In this document: positions 1-11,380 of the stretch, piece by piece
Layout: each line of letters opens with the position of its first letter
Position numbering within the stretch: position 1 is the stretch's first letter
Assembly (NCBI GenBank): GCA_963845245.1
Contig: CAWJRJ010000024.1
Coordinates: 108,322-172,321, forward strand
Length of the DNA stretch: 64,000 bases
Direction of reading: 5' to 3'
Origin: Nitrospirota bacterium
Lineage (GTDB): Bacteria > Nitrospirota > JACRHJ01
Translations under genes and position numbers: made by a program
Notes under the pieces: generated by a model
Databases searched by the model: none
Seen by the model: only the letters and a program-made list of their open reading frames with translations
Told to the model about the DNA's origin: nothing

Positions 1-29
1 GATTTTTCAATTAATATAGGAGGCTTTCG

Positions 30-1133
30 ATGTCCAGGGTATTTTTCACGAACGCGCGCGGGCTTAAATGGGACTACAAACACAGCCTTGTGGGCAGGCT
101 TGAGCGGATGCTGTCGGAGTCAGGCTTTATGGGGGCTTTCGGCAATAAGGAGTGGGTCGCGGTCAAGACGCATTTCGGCTCTGAGGGCGCGCACCGCATA
201 ATAAGGCCGGTCTTCCTGCGCAAGGTCGTGGATGCGGTCAAGACCGCAGGGGCGGTCCCGTTCGTCACCGACACCGTGCGCATCATGGGGCTTGATTACT
301 TAGAAGTTGCAAACCAGAACGGGATAAACCACCTCTCGGTCGGCGCGCCCGTAATACTTGCGGACGGCATATACGGAAAGGACAGCATACTGGTGAAGGC
401 GGGCGAGCTGCTGGGCGAGATCGCAGTGGCCTCTGCCATTTACGACGCACCGGCGATGATAGTCTGCTCGCACATCAAGGGCCACATACAGGCGGGCTAC
501 GCGGGTGCGATAAAGAACCTCGCGATGGGCGGCGTATCGTCCGTGCACCGGGAAGGCGGCTGGAAGAAGGGGCGCGGCCAGATGCACTGCCACGGCGAGG
601 TGCCGATTAACTGGGACTTCGAGACATGCGTATACTGCCAGCAGTGCGAGAACGTATGCCCCAAGGATGCCATAAACTTCGTGGACGAGAAGTTCTCCTA
701 CGACATGAAGAAGTGCTGGTACTGCGGCCGCTGCACACGGGTATGCCCGTCCGGGAGCCTCGTGCTGCCTGTCGCGGATACCATGTTCCAGAAGACGCTT
801 GCGGAGTCCGCCGCAGCCGTGCTGTCCACCTTCAAGCCCGGCAAGGTGCTCTACATAAACTTCATGACCGAGATACAGCCCGAGTGCGACTGCATGCCAT
901 CATGCGACACGCCGATGTTGCAGGACCAGGGGATAATGATGTCGGACGACCTCGTAGCGATCGAGCAGGCGACGATAGACATTTTAAGGAAGGCGTCCCC
1001 GCTCCCGCAGTCTGTCGCGGAGGAACGCGGTTGCAAGCCGGGCGACGACGTGCTTGCTATGGTCAACCCGCGCGACTATAACCTTCAGGTCAGCGAAGCG
1101 GAGCGGCTCGGGCTCGGGAGCAGTGACGTATGA
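30..1133 (+). CDS. DUF362-family Fe-S protein with 2x[4Fe-4S] ferredoxin domain
   Basis: VAVKTHFG, SHIKGH...GAIKNLAMG, two CxxCxxCxxxCP motifs, ECDC, DLVAIEQA. RBS AGGAGG upstream. True stop may be 1152 (YEITEID*) after an indel. Confidence 0.85.
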   Translation: MSRVFFTNARGLKWDYKHSLVGRLERMLSESGFMGAFGNKEWVAVKTHFGSEGAHRIIRPVFLRKVVDAVKTAGAVPFVTDTVRIMGLDYLEVANQNGINHLSVGAPVILADGIYGKDSILVKAGELLGEIAVASAIYDAPAMIVCSHIKGHIQAGYAGAIKNLAMGGVSSVHREGGWKKGRGQMHCHGEVPINWDFETCVYCQQCENVCPKDAINFVDEKFSYDMKKCWYCGRCTRVCPSGSLVLPVADTMFQKTLAESAAAVLSTFKPGKVLYINFMTEIQPECDCMPSCDTPMLQDQGIMMSDDLVAIEQATIDILRKASPLPQSVAEERGCKPGDDVLAMVNPRDYNLQVSEAERLGLGSSDV

Positions 1134-1183
1134 GATAACCGAGATAGACTGACGGGTGGGTGTAATACGAACTGGACTGGGTT

Positions 1184-2729
1184 TTAGAGCGGTCTCCATG
1201 CGTCCGCGTCTTTTTTGAAGCAGCGCATCCGCTTCGACCGGGCCTGCCGACCCTGCCGGGTAACTTGGGATGTTGACCGCCTGCGAGCCGGATTCTATCT
1301 TGTCGAGCAGGGGCTCGAAAAGCTCCCACGCAAGCTCCTCGGCGTCGCCCCGCACGAACAGCATCTGGTCGCCGTTCATGCAGTCGAGCAGGACGCGCTC
1401 GTAGGCGTCCAGCAGGCTCAATTTCTCGTAAGTATAGTCCATCAGCACCGGCCTCAGGCATATCTTCGTCTCCGGCATCTTCGTCTGGAAATCGAGGCTG
1501 ATACCCTCGTCCGGCTGCACCCGAAGCACGAGCACGTTCGGCTCGATCTCATCCCCTACGACATTCGAGAACATGAGGTGCGGCACGTGCCGGAAGGTTA
1601 TCGCGATCTCGGCCTTGCGGCCCGCAAGCCTTTTGCCTGAACGCAGATAGAACGGTACCCCGCTCCACCGCCAGTTGTCGATGTACAGCCTCAGTGCCGC
1701 ATACGTCGCAGTATTGGAATCTGGAGCAACACCGGGTTCATCTCTGTATGCCGGGACGCGACTGCCGTCTATCTCTCCTGCGGCGTACTGGCCAAGCACG
1801 ACATCAGTTAACGGGTCTGACTGGTTGAACCGCCTGATGGAGCGGATGACTTTAGCCTTCTCCTCACGCACACGTTCCGCTTCGAAGACGGCGGGCGGCT
1901 CCATTGCGCAAAGCGTCAGGAGCTGGAGCAGATGGTTCTGGAACATGTCGCGTATGACGCCCGACTTCTCGTAGTACCCAGCCCGGTGTTCCACGCCTAC
2001 CGTCTCTGAAATGGTTATCTGTACGTTGTCAATGTAGCGTCTGTTCCAGAGCGGCTCGAAAATCGAGTTGGCGAACCGGAACATCAGGATGTTCTGCACG
2101 TTCTCCTTCGCGAGGTAATGGTCCATGCGGTAGACCTGGCGTTCGCTGAAATGCTTCAGCAGTACACGGTTGAGGCTCTTTGATGACTCGATGTCGCGCC
2201 CGAACGGCTTCTCCACGACGACCCGCGAACAGCCGCACTCCTCCTTTGAAAGCCCGGAGACTCCGAGGTTTTCTATTGCCGTCTCGTAGATGGTCGGAGG
2301 AAGGGCAAGGTAGAATATGCGGTTCCCGCCCGTGCCGTGCGCCTTCTCAAGCTCAGGCAGGCGTCCCTTCACAGACTCATAAAATCTTATATCGCCGAAG
2401 TCTCCCTGAAGATAATACAGTCTCTTCTCAAACCCGGACCAAAGTACGTCTGTGTATAGATCGGGGTAGGCCTCCCTGACCGCGTCCTTCATGGACGCCC
2501 TGAACCATGCGTCGTCATGGTCCTCTATTGCGGCACCCAGCACGAAGAAGCCATCGGAGATGTGGTTATCGGCCATGAGGTGGTAGAGCGACGGGATGAT
2601 CTTCCTGTGGGTCAGGTCGCCCGAGGCCCCGAACAGTATAAGCCCGCACGGCGGCGGGTTCTCGATTGAACATCTGTCTGCCGGTTGCCCTGCCTCACAT
2701 CGCGCCCTGTCATACCCGCCCGGTTCCAT
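1184..2729 (-). CDS. zwf: Glucose-6-phosphate 1-dehydrogenase
   Basis: GASGDL, EKPFG, RMDHYLAKE, RDMFQNH, YLRSGK motifs. Natural end WRPL* at 1184 is in another frame; the track ORF runs on to 984 through an indel. Confidence 0.95.
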
Positions 2730-3190
2730 CTATATGCTCCCCCCACCCTCAAGTTTTGATATCTTGGAAAGCCGCCTTACAAACCGCTCTTCGGCCTTGA
2801 ACGAGGCCGCAAGGAACGCGCGACACAAGCTCCCATGCCATCTCTATACCGACCACCCTTCCGCCCAGGCAGACCATGTTCATGTCGTCGTCCTCAACAC
2901 CCTGGTGTGCAGAGAAGGTGTCGTGTATCAAGTGCGGCCCGGGCGCCGGCCACCTTGTTGGCGGCTATCGATGCGCCGACACCGCTCCCACACACGGCGA
3001 TCCCGCGCGAGACTTCACCCGCAGCGACGGCGCTCGCAAGGGGGACAACGTAATCGGGGTAATCGTCGGAATCGATTTTTTCGTGTGCACCGAAATCGGT
3101 CACGATAAAACCTTTAAGTCGGAGCCTTTTTATCAGGTCTTCCTTCAGCTCAAAGCCGCCATGGTCGCACGCGATGCCTACGGTAAGCAT
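2730..3190 (-). CDS. rpiB: Ribose-5-phosphate isomerase B (split by indels)
   Basis: IACDHGG, DYPD, CGSGVG, ANKV in 2894..3190; [11 protein letters not shown] in 2749..2931; RFVRRLSKI in a further frame. Confidence 0.92.
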
Positions 3191-3193
3191 GTG

Positions 3194-4106
3194 TCAGCCA
3201 CCGGCCTTCTTTTTAAAGCCGTGCCCGCCGAACTCGTCCCGCATGGCGGCTAGCAGTTTGTCCGAGAAGCTGTCTTCCTGTCGGGAACGGAACCTCTGGA
3301 AGAGCGCGGCGGAGATAAGCGGCGCGGGCACACCAGTGTCTACCGCCTGCTGCACCGTCCACCTGCCCTCGCCCGAGTCCTGCACGTAGCCCTTTATCCC
3401 CTCCAGCTTCCCGTATTTTGAAAATGCGCTCCCTGCGAATTCCAGGAGCCATGAACGTATTATGCTGCCGTTGTTCCAAAGGTTAGAGACCTGGGCGAAA
3501 TCGAGGTGTTGCCCGTACGGCGAGGCCTCCATTATCTCGAAGCCCTCACCGTACGCCGCCATCAGGGCGTACTCTATCCCGTTATGCACCATCTTCACGA
3601 AATGCCCTGCCCCGGATGGCCCGCAGTACATGTACCCGCCTTCGGGCGCAAGCGTCTTGAAGACCGGGACGAGCGTCTCGTACGCGGCCTTCTCTCCACC
3701 CAGCATCAGACAGTAGCCCTTTTCAAGCCCCCATATCCCGCTGCTCACGCCTGCGTCGATGAGGAAGATGCCGGAATTCCTAAGCCTTGCCTCCTGCTCG
3801 ATGGCATCCTTGAAGTAGCTGTTGCCTCCCTCGATGACCGTGTCTCCACTGCCGAGCAGGCCTTCAAGTTTTTCTATGGTGTCGGCGACGGGTTTCCCCG
3901 CAGGCAGCATCAACCATACCGCCCTGGGCGGCGTCAGCTGTTCCACCAGGCTCTCCATCGTATAGGCCGCCTTCGCACCTTCTGCGGCGAGGGCATCTAT
4001 GTTTTCCTTCGATACGTCGTAGACGACGACCTCATGCCCGCCCCGCAAGCAGCCTTCTGGCCATGTTGCCGCCCATCTTCCCAAGCCCTATCATGCCGAT
4101 CCGCAT
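3194..4106 (-). CDS. gnd: 6-phosphogluconate dehydrogenase, decarboxylating (short type)
   Basis: N-terminus MRIGMIGLGKMGGNMA read from ATG 4106 (indel near 4055); GHFVKMVHNGIEY, DSGEGRWT, FGGH. Confidence 0.93.
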
Positions 4107-4120
4107 CTTTTGTCTCCAGT

Positions 4121-5266
4121 CTATGCCGCAGTCGCACGGAACAATTCCATCTTGCGGGCAATGGCCATCAGCACGTCGTAGAAGGACTGCGTAAATTTGG
4201 CGACGCCCTCCTGCTCCAACTTCAGCCCAACGTCTTCCATCATTATACCAAGCGAGGACACCGTCTTAAAAACAAGCCTGGCCTCCTGGATATTATCCTC
4301 TATCGACCCATTCACGCTGCCGTGGTCCTCGAACTTGTTTATGGTATCGGTCGGTATCGTGTTGACGGTATTTTTTGCAACCAGTTCTTCCACATACTTT
4401 ACATCGCTGTACTTCGGGTTCTTCGTGCCGGTGCTCCCCCAGAGAAGCCTCTGCTCCAGTGCGCCTTTATCTCTGAGAATCTTGAAGCGCTCTCCATCAA
4501 AGATCTCCTTGTACATCTGGTAGGCCAGCTTGCAGTTGGCAACACCCACCTTGCCTTACAGTGCCGTTATCCTGTCCTTTTCGATGTCAGTGGCGGCAGT
4601 TTGTATTTTCTCGTCGAGGATGCCGTCCACGAGGGTATCCACCCTGCTGACAAAGAAGCTCGCAATGGACACTATCCCTTCGACCGGCAGACCGTTCACT
4701 ACCCTCTTCTCAAGCCCGCGGATGTATGCCTCGGCCACATCGCGGTAGCGACCCAGAGAAAAGAGGAGCGTGACGTTTACGTTGACGCCTTCGAAGGTGA
4801 GCTGCTCTATTGCCCTGAGGCCCTTTTCAGTCGCCGGAACCTTGACCAGCACGTTCTTTTTCCCTATCTCGCTGAAAATGCGTCTCGCCTCGTTTATGGT
4901 AGCGTCGGTGTAGTATGCCAGGTCGGGCGATACCTCGATGCTAACAAAACCGTCCCGACCGCCCGACGATTCATAGACCGGGTACAGTACGTCCGCGGCC
5001 TCAGATATGTCCTCCATGGTCAGGGCCATGTATATGTCCCTCTCGTCCCGGATGCCGCCCCTCACCATCTGCATTATCGAGCTGTCATAGATCTCGCTTC
5101 CCTCGATCGCCTTCTGGAATATCGTAGGGTTTGACGTCACCCCGCTTATCCCGTCCACCTCTATGAGTTTCTTGAGGCGTCCGGACCTGATCATATCCCT
5201 GCTGAGGTCGTCCAGCCACACACTCTGGCCGGCATCTTTCAGTTCGTGTAGTTTTATTGCAGCCAT
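4121..5266 (-). CDS. tal: Transaldolase (one indel near 4552)
   Basis: GQSVWLDD, GVTSNPTIF, VKVPAT, NVTLLFS, ASFFVSR, QRLLWGSTGTKNP; RBS GGAGG before ATG 5266. Confidence 0.93.
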
Positions 5267-5288
5267 AACCACCTCCCCCGGCCGGAAC

Positions 5289-7350
5289 TCAGCCCTTTTT
5301 GACCATCAGGCCCCGGGCAGCGTCAGCAATATTCCCAGCCGTTAAACCGTACTCCTTCATATTGATTTTTCCAGGCGCGGAACTCCCGAACCTGTCCACT
5401 CCTATCGACAACCCGGCGGCGCCAACGTACCTGCTCCAGCCGAATGTGGCCGCGGCCTCAATCGAAACCCTTGCGGTAACCTCCGGAGGCAGCACGCTTT
5501 TCTTGTATTCGGCCGGCTGGAGTTCAAAAAGCTCCCAGCAAGGCATATTGACGACGCGCGTCTTTTTTCCCTCTTTATTAAGTGTATCATAAGCTTCGAG
5601 CGCCAGATGTACTTCCGACCCGGTCGCGATAAGAATAATCTCGGGTTTCCCCTCGGGCGGGTCTGCCAGGACGTACGCCCCCTTATGGAGCATGGCCGCC
5701 GGGGCGTACCTGCCCCTGTCTATTACCGGGAGGTCCTGACGGGAGAATACCAGGGCGGTCGGCCCTTTCCTGTTGATAAGCGCGGCCTTCCATGCCTCGA
5801 CAGTCTCGTTTGCATCTGCGGGCCTTATCACGTTTATACCGGGCAATCGCCCTCAGGCTTGCCAGGTGTTCAACGGGCTGGTGCGTCGGGCCGTCCTCGC
5901 CAAGGCCTATGGAATCGTGTGTAAAAACATATATTGCCCGTGCCTCCTGCAAGGCCGCAAGCCTGATTGCCGGCTTCATGTAGTCCGAGAACACAAGGAA
6001 CGTCGCGGCATACGGTATAAGCCCTCCATGGAGGGCAAGCCCCGTCGTTATTGCGCACATGGCGTGTTCCCTGACTCCGTAGGCTATGTTTGCACCGCCA
6101 TAGCCCCAGTGCCCGGTTACCGCGCCCTGCACGTTTTCCTCTCCCGTACACGACCCCTGGAAGTCGCCCCTGCCGTCCATTGCAGTCTTGGTTGAAGGGT
6201 TGAGGTCGCCGGAGCCGCCTACGAGCGACGGGATATTATCCGCGACCGCCTTAAGGAATTTCCCGCCTGCGCTCCGGGTAGCAAGGCCTTTTGCGTCCGG
6301 CTTGAATACGGGCAAGTCCGCATCCCACCCATCGGGGAGTTTTGGGCCCATCATCAGTTCCCATTCCGCCATGAGTTCGGGGTGCTTTGCCCCGTACAAG
6401 CGCATATGCTCCATCCAAAGGTCCTCACTCTCGGCAGTCCGTTTCGCAGCCTTCCTGAAATACTCAAGCACGCGCTCAGGCACATAGAAAGATGGCTCCA
6501 CCGGCCAACCCAGGTTCTCCTTGGTAGCCTTCGTCTCATCGGGCCCGAGCGGCGAGCCGTGCGCCTCGAAGCTGTCCTGTTTTCCGGGGCTGCCATAGCC
6601 GATGTGCGTCCTGACCATTATCAGCGATGGCCTGCGTATGTCGTCCTTTGCTGCCTTAATCGCGCCCTCGATCGCATCCAGGTCGTTGCCGTCTTCCACG
6701 GACTGTACATGCCAGCCGTAGGCCGCAAACCTCTTGGCAACGTCCTCGGTGAAAACCAGCTTCGTCTCGCCGGAAAGCGTCACATGGTTGTTGTCGTAAA
6801 GATATATCAGCTTTCCAAGTTTCAGGTGACCGGCAAGCGAGGCGGCCTCTGCGGCTACCCCCTCCATCAGGTCGCCGTCACTACATATGGCATAGGTGTA
6901 ATGGTCCACGATCTCGAAACCCGGCCGGTTGAACCGTGCAGCCAGGTAGTGTTCGGCCATCGCCATGCCCACGCCGTTTGCAAAGCCCTGCCCGAGCGGC
7001 CCGGTCGTGCATTCCACGCCAGGTGTTGCTCCGTACTCCGGGTGGCCCGGAGTACGGCTATCCCATTGTCTGAAGTTTTTCAGGTCGTCCATAGTGAGGT
7101 CGTACCCGGTGAGGTACAGCATTGAATAAAGGAGCGCGGAGCCGTGTCCGGCGGAGAGGACGAACCTGTCCCTGTCGGGCCATGCGGGGTTGCCGGGTTT
7201 GTATTTCATCGCCTTCGTCCAGAGCACGTACGCAGCGGGGGCCATGCCCATTGGCATGCCGGGGTGCCCGGAGTTGGCCTTCTCCACCATGTCCACCGAA
7301 AGCATCCTGATCGTATTTACACACAGCGCGTCAAGTTCTCTTGCCTTCAT
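5289..7350 (-). CDS. tkt: Transketolase (one indel near 5846)
   Basis: [48 protein letters not shown]. Confidence 0.96.
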
Positions 7351-7461
7351 AAAACCTCCGTCAAGGTATATTATTTATTAATGCTTATTTATGTGTTTTT
7401 TGAGTATAACAGAAACTGGCGGATTTTAGAAATAAAGAGGCGGTGTCTTTATTGGGCGACG

Positions 7462-8402
7462 TCAGGAGGTGTGGAGTTCCGGAAAGTAGCAGACATAGGG
7501 GTTGCACGGGTTGCCGAAAAGTTCCCTGTACAGGCGGTGTGCAGCCTCTGTTGAACCACTCTTGCCACAGGCGCGCATATCGACAATCTCCCTCACTGCC
7601 TTGACGGCATTCAGCTTCATTGCGGTGGGGCCGCCGCGGCCGACTATCTTAACGGCCTTCACGCCGGCGTCCTCAAGAGCGCCGATCGCGCAGAGCCCGC
7701 AGGCCTGACGCCTGTTCACCCTGCTCCAGCCGGCCTGTGCATCTATCATCGCGTCAGCAGCAGCCCTTTAAGGCGATAGCCGTGTATTTCTCCTCGCATG
7801 GCCATATCAGGTCGGGGCTGTTGTGGGTAAAGCTGCAAAAGCCCTCGATGTTCGGGCACTTCCCTATCATCACGAATGCGTCGAAGAAGACGTCCGGGTT
7901 CGCCTCTGTCACGCCCTTTATCTCCATTCAGGGTAAGCTCCCTCGGGAAGACCATCCTGTCCACGCCAAGCCTGTGGAAGAAGGCGGCGCTTTCTGAATT
8001 GAATATCGTGCCGAGCGTGCTTAAGTGTATATGGGCTTCGGGCAGTTTGTCCCTCATGCGCAGTATCAGCCCGAGGTCGCTGATTATGAATGCGTCGACG
8101 CCAAGCGCGGAATACTTTTTGGCGTCTTCAAGGAGGTCGGCATACTGCTCAACCGAATAATACGGCGCGTTCATGGTAAGGTAGAACTTTGTACCGCGCC
8201 CGTGCGCGGCCTTTATGAGGGCCTTCAGCTCTTTCTCCGAGGCAATCTGCGCGGATGGAAAATAGCGGTGGTTGGCGGAGCCGAGCATCGAGTATTTCCC
8301 GCGCCAGTCCTCGGACACGTACCCGCCGTAAAACTCGTCCGCGCCCGCGTCTGCAAGTATATCGACTTCCGAGGCCTTGTCTATCGGCGATAGTATCTTC
8401 AT
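7462..8402 (-). CDS. U32-family protein (UbiU/TrhP/RlhA-like Fe-S), split by indels
   Basis: KILSP, AGADEFYGG, DAFIISDLG, IHLSTL, FPRELTL, then Cys motifs NIEGFC, WPC, CGLC, VKIVGR and terminal CNPYVCYFPE. Confidence 0.8.
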
Positions 8403-9193
8403 GGCAGCTCTTCCATATGCACGATGCGGTCTATCCCCATACCCGCCAGGCCCTCAGGCAACACAGCATTCTCGACAAACTGTGTGTTGCCGCGCATCAG
8501 AATCCCCTTCTCATGCGCGGGGTTATCAAGCTCTATAACGTTCTTGAGGCATCCCTTTATCTTGCAGCCGGTGAATGCCTGCCATGATTTGCCGTCAAAA
8601 GATGCAGGGCAGTGCCGCGTAGTGGTGACATACGCATACGGCGTGTATATCGTGCCCTTGAGCCCAAGCGGTTTAAGGTCTGCCTCGATACCCTGAAGCG
8701 GGCTGTCCAGTTCGACCCGTTTATTCCATGGCTCCTGAGAAACGAAACGGTCACCGGGTCCTCGATACCGGGATGCGTATATAACGCACGCCCCGAATCG
8801 GGCAACCCATCGATTATACTCGGCACCCTCGGGCAGCGTTTCTGCTTTACAAGGAGACGGTCCAAGTACCGGCACGAACATCGGGAACTCGTCTTTCAGG
8901 ACTGCAAGCAACCCGAAATCGTTAACCACGACCTCGACATCCAATGCCCCGGCACCCGCAAGTTTCCCCAGTATAGCCTTGGCCTTTTTCATACCGGTAT
9001 CGGTAAGCCAAGGGGTAAGCAGGGTGAGCTTCATGCCCAGCCCGGAGGAGATGTAAAGCGCCCTGAGCGCGGCAGCCGGTGCAGGCAGCCTCCACTGGCA
9101 GAACTCCGCGCCGAAATAAACGCGTGAATATCCTTTTGCATTTTTGATCTGTTTTAGAGCGGTGGCGTAGAGGGCCTTCTCAACCTTTGGCAT
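8399..9193 (-). CDS. Divergent U32-family partner (UbiV-like), with internal compensating indels
   Basis: RVYFGAEFC, LTLLTP, EVVVNDFGLL, RLLVKQKRCPR, RVELD, TTTRHC, CKIKGC, RGNTQF; overlaps the start of the downstream U32 gene. Confidence 0.6.
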   Translation of the reverse strand: MPKVEKALYATALKQIKNAKGYSRVYFGAEFCQWRLPAPAAALRALYISSGLGMKLTLLTPWLTDTGMKKAKAILGKLAGAGALDVEVVVNDFGLLAVLKDEFPMFVPVLGPSPCKAETLPEGAEYNRWVARFGACVIYASRYRGPGDRFVSQEPWNKRVELDSPLQGIEADLKPLGLKGTIYTPYAYVTTTRHCPASFDGKSWQAFTGCKIKGCLKNVIELDNPAHEKGILMRGNTQFVENAVLPEGLAGMGIDRIVHMEELP

Positions 9194-9947
9194 CTTTAAG
9201 CCCCTTGGCAGCATGGCGGGCATCCCTTGAGTCCTTGCGCCGGTTCCACCAGGACGGGTCCTCGGAAGCGGTAAGCGCCTTTCCAACGATGACGAGCTTG
9301 AACACGTCCTCGTCCTCAAACCTGCCGTCCACGTCGTTTTTGATATTCCCGACGGTGGTCATAAGGACCTCCTGCGCAGGCAGGCTTATATTATAAACGA
9401 CGGCGACAGGGGTGTCCGCATCATAGCCCACTGAAAGCTCAGCAGTGAGAGCCTCAGGAGATTTGTTGTTCATGAAAAGTACCATCGTGGACTGGTGCCT
9501 TGATAGCTCGGCTATGGTATCTTTTGTCCCTGTGATGGTCTTTGGCGAGGTCGCGATGGTAGAATGAGAAACGCCAGGCAGGTCGAAAGTACGCCTCAGC
9601 GCGGCCGAAGCGGCGTTCATCGAGCTAACGCCCGGCACAACGACTGCCGAATCCTTGAAGTAGTCTATAAGGGACTGTACAGGCGAGAAGATCGCCAGGT
9701 CGCCGGGTATCATGAATACCGCATCCCGTCCGCTGTCAAGACACGCATCGACCCTTGCAACCAGGTCGGCGTGGTAGTAGTCGAACGGGTCGAACCACTC
9801 CTTGCCCTTCAGGTACTCGGCATAGGTTTCCTTGAAGAAGCCAGGCACGAGCACGAGCGAGGCAGATTTCAAAAGCTCCATGCCCTTTATTGTCATAAGG
9901 GTAGGGTCGCCCGGGCCGCTCCCTATAAAATAAATCCTGCCGCGCAC
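9180..9947 (-). CDS. Tetrapyrrole methylase family SAM-dependent methyltransferase (CbiF/CobM-like)
   Basis: IYFIGSGPGDPTLMTIKG, GDLAIFS, VVPGVSSMNAASA, TMVLFM, DTPVAVVY; GTG start after GGAGGT. Confidence 0.85.
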   Translation of the reverse strand: MRGRIYFIGSGPGDPTLMTIKGMELLKSASLVLVPGFFKETYAEYLKGKEWFDPFDYYHADLVARVDACLDSGRDAVFMIPGDLAIFSPVQSLIDYFKDSAVVVPGVSSMNAASAALRRTFDLPGVSHSTIATSPKTITGTKDTIAELSRHQSTMVLFMNNKSPEALTAELSVGYDADTPVAVVYNISLPAQEVLMTTVGNIKNDVDGRFEDEDVFKLVIVGKALTASEDPSWWNRRKDSRDARHAAKGLKDAKG

Positions 9948-9957
9948 GACACCTCCG

Positions 9958-10430
9958 TTACCTGAACGAGACTTCCTTTACCAATGCCTTCCTGCCGGGG
10001 TCGGTTATCCCTTTGGAGACCTTCTCAAATATACAGTTCTCGATACGGCCTGTCCCGTTCCCCTCAAAATCAATGCCGCGCCATGGCCCGCTTGAGCTGT
10101 CCTTTGGAACAAACTCTTATCAGCTTGTCCCTGCTTCCGATTGCAACCAGCCTGCCCCGGACGATTATCCTGTTGTCACCTTTGGCTGTTTTCTCGAAAC
10201 GCACTATGGTGCCCGGGTCGATAGTCAGGGTATACGCCCTCAGGGACAACGAGCGGCTTCATGATGAGCACGTCGCCCGTCAGGAGCATATCGACCGGCA
10301 CCTCGCCCCAGAACTTGTTCATGGCGGTGTGCGCAAAAGCAACACCGGAAAAAATCAACACCATAACCAACACCATAACCTTTCTTGAAAGAAAGGTTAT
10401 ACCAAAGAACTTTGATACCGGCGTTTTCAA
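9958..10430 (-). CDS. Small exported protein with beta-helix-type N-terminal module (reconstructed across two indels)
   Basis: Signal peptide ending AFA, then VPEGV.LTIDPGTIVRF...IIVRGRLVAIG...WRGIDF...IENCIF; stop TAA at 9958. Confidence 0.55.
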
Positions 10431-11359
10431 GAGATCGCCTGCCATATGTATCCTATTATTATCGAGCCTATTAAACTCACGGCCATATATACCACGAAGA
10501 TCCTCTTTTTAAACATCCCGAAGAGCGCGACCATCGCAGGTATGGACGTGACCGGCCCGGCCATAAGGAACGCGGCCGCTGGCCCGACCCCCATTCCGGA
10601 ATGTATGAGGCCCTTTACTATGGGAACGGCCGTCAGCCCGTTAACGGGAAGCGGTATGCCCAGAAGTGCCGCGTATATGATGGACATATGGCCGTTGCCA
10701 GCCAGCGCGAATATCCAGTTGGCCGGGACATACGTCTCTATCACACCCTGTATGAACAGCGCCAGCAGTATGTATTTGCCGACGAGCAGCGTCGTGTCCT
10801 TTGCGCGCGCAAAGAAAAACGGGACCTTCCTGTCTGCAAGCTGTACGTCTATTGGTACCTTCGTGGGGTTTGCCGGGTCTACCTTTGCGTCGCAGTAGCC
10901 CTTCCTCGGGCCGCCTGAGAAAGGCTGCTCGTCAATATAGCCTGATTTGACAAGCCAGTTCGTCGTAAAGCCCGCAAGCAGGCCCATGAAGAGAGCGCCG
11001 CCGACCTTGGCGATGGTAAGCGACAAACCTAGCGCTCCGTAGTTGACCATGATCGAGGACGGGTCGGCTATCGGGGATGTGATAAGGAGCGCCATTGCCG
11101 GGGCAAGAGGTGAGCCGGATTCGAGGAGCGTGACGACTATGGGGAGTATCCCGCATGAGCAGAGCGGTGAAAAAATACCCGCCAGTGCGGCAAGGACAAT
11201 CACCGCCACGCCGCCCCGGTTTAAAATTACCCAGAACTTCCTGTCGAGTTTATATGTTTTGATCAGCGCCGAAAGGGCTATGCCCAGCAGGATATACCAG
11301 CCCATGTTCAGCAGGCCGTCCCACATTACCCTCAGGATACTCGATAGCCCTTCAAACAT
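10427..11359 (-). CDS. DUF318/ArsP-family permease
   Basis: Two-repeat membrane protein with SPLCSCGILP, ALLITSP and AFLMAGP motifs. Confidence 0.85.
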   Translation of the reverse strand: MFEGLSSILRVMWDGLLNMGWYILLGIALSALIKTYKLDRKFWVILNRGGVAVIVLAALAGIFSPLCSCGILPIVVTLLESGSPLAPAMALLITSPIADPSSIMVNYGALGLSLTIAKVGGALFMGLLAGFTTNWLVKSGYIDEQPFSGGPRKGYCDAKVDPANPTKVPIDVQLADRKVPFFFARAKDTTLLVGKYILLALFIQGVIETYVPANWIFALAGNGHMSIIYAALLGIPLPVNGLTAVPIVKGLIHSGMGVGPAAAFLMAGPVTSIPAMVALFGMFKKRIFVVYMAVSLIGSIIIGYIWQAIS

Positions 11360-11380
11360 CTGCTACAGCCGGCCTTTCCT

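Noticed and set aside
3506..5134. 542-aa plus-strand ORF and other long antisense ORFs (e.g. 28824..29801, 61198..62214)
   Set aside because: Shadows of GC-rich minus-strand genes with no recognisable motifs.
7462..9193. Collagenase or protease function for the U32 genes
   Set aside because: The peptidase label is historical; characterised members are Fe-S hydroxylation proteins and these carry Cys clusters.
9180..9947. Cobalamin biosynthesis cluster
   Set aside because: Only one CbiF-like gene is present; no other cbi/cob genes or B12 riboswitch seen.
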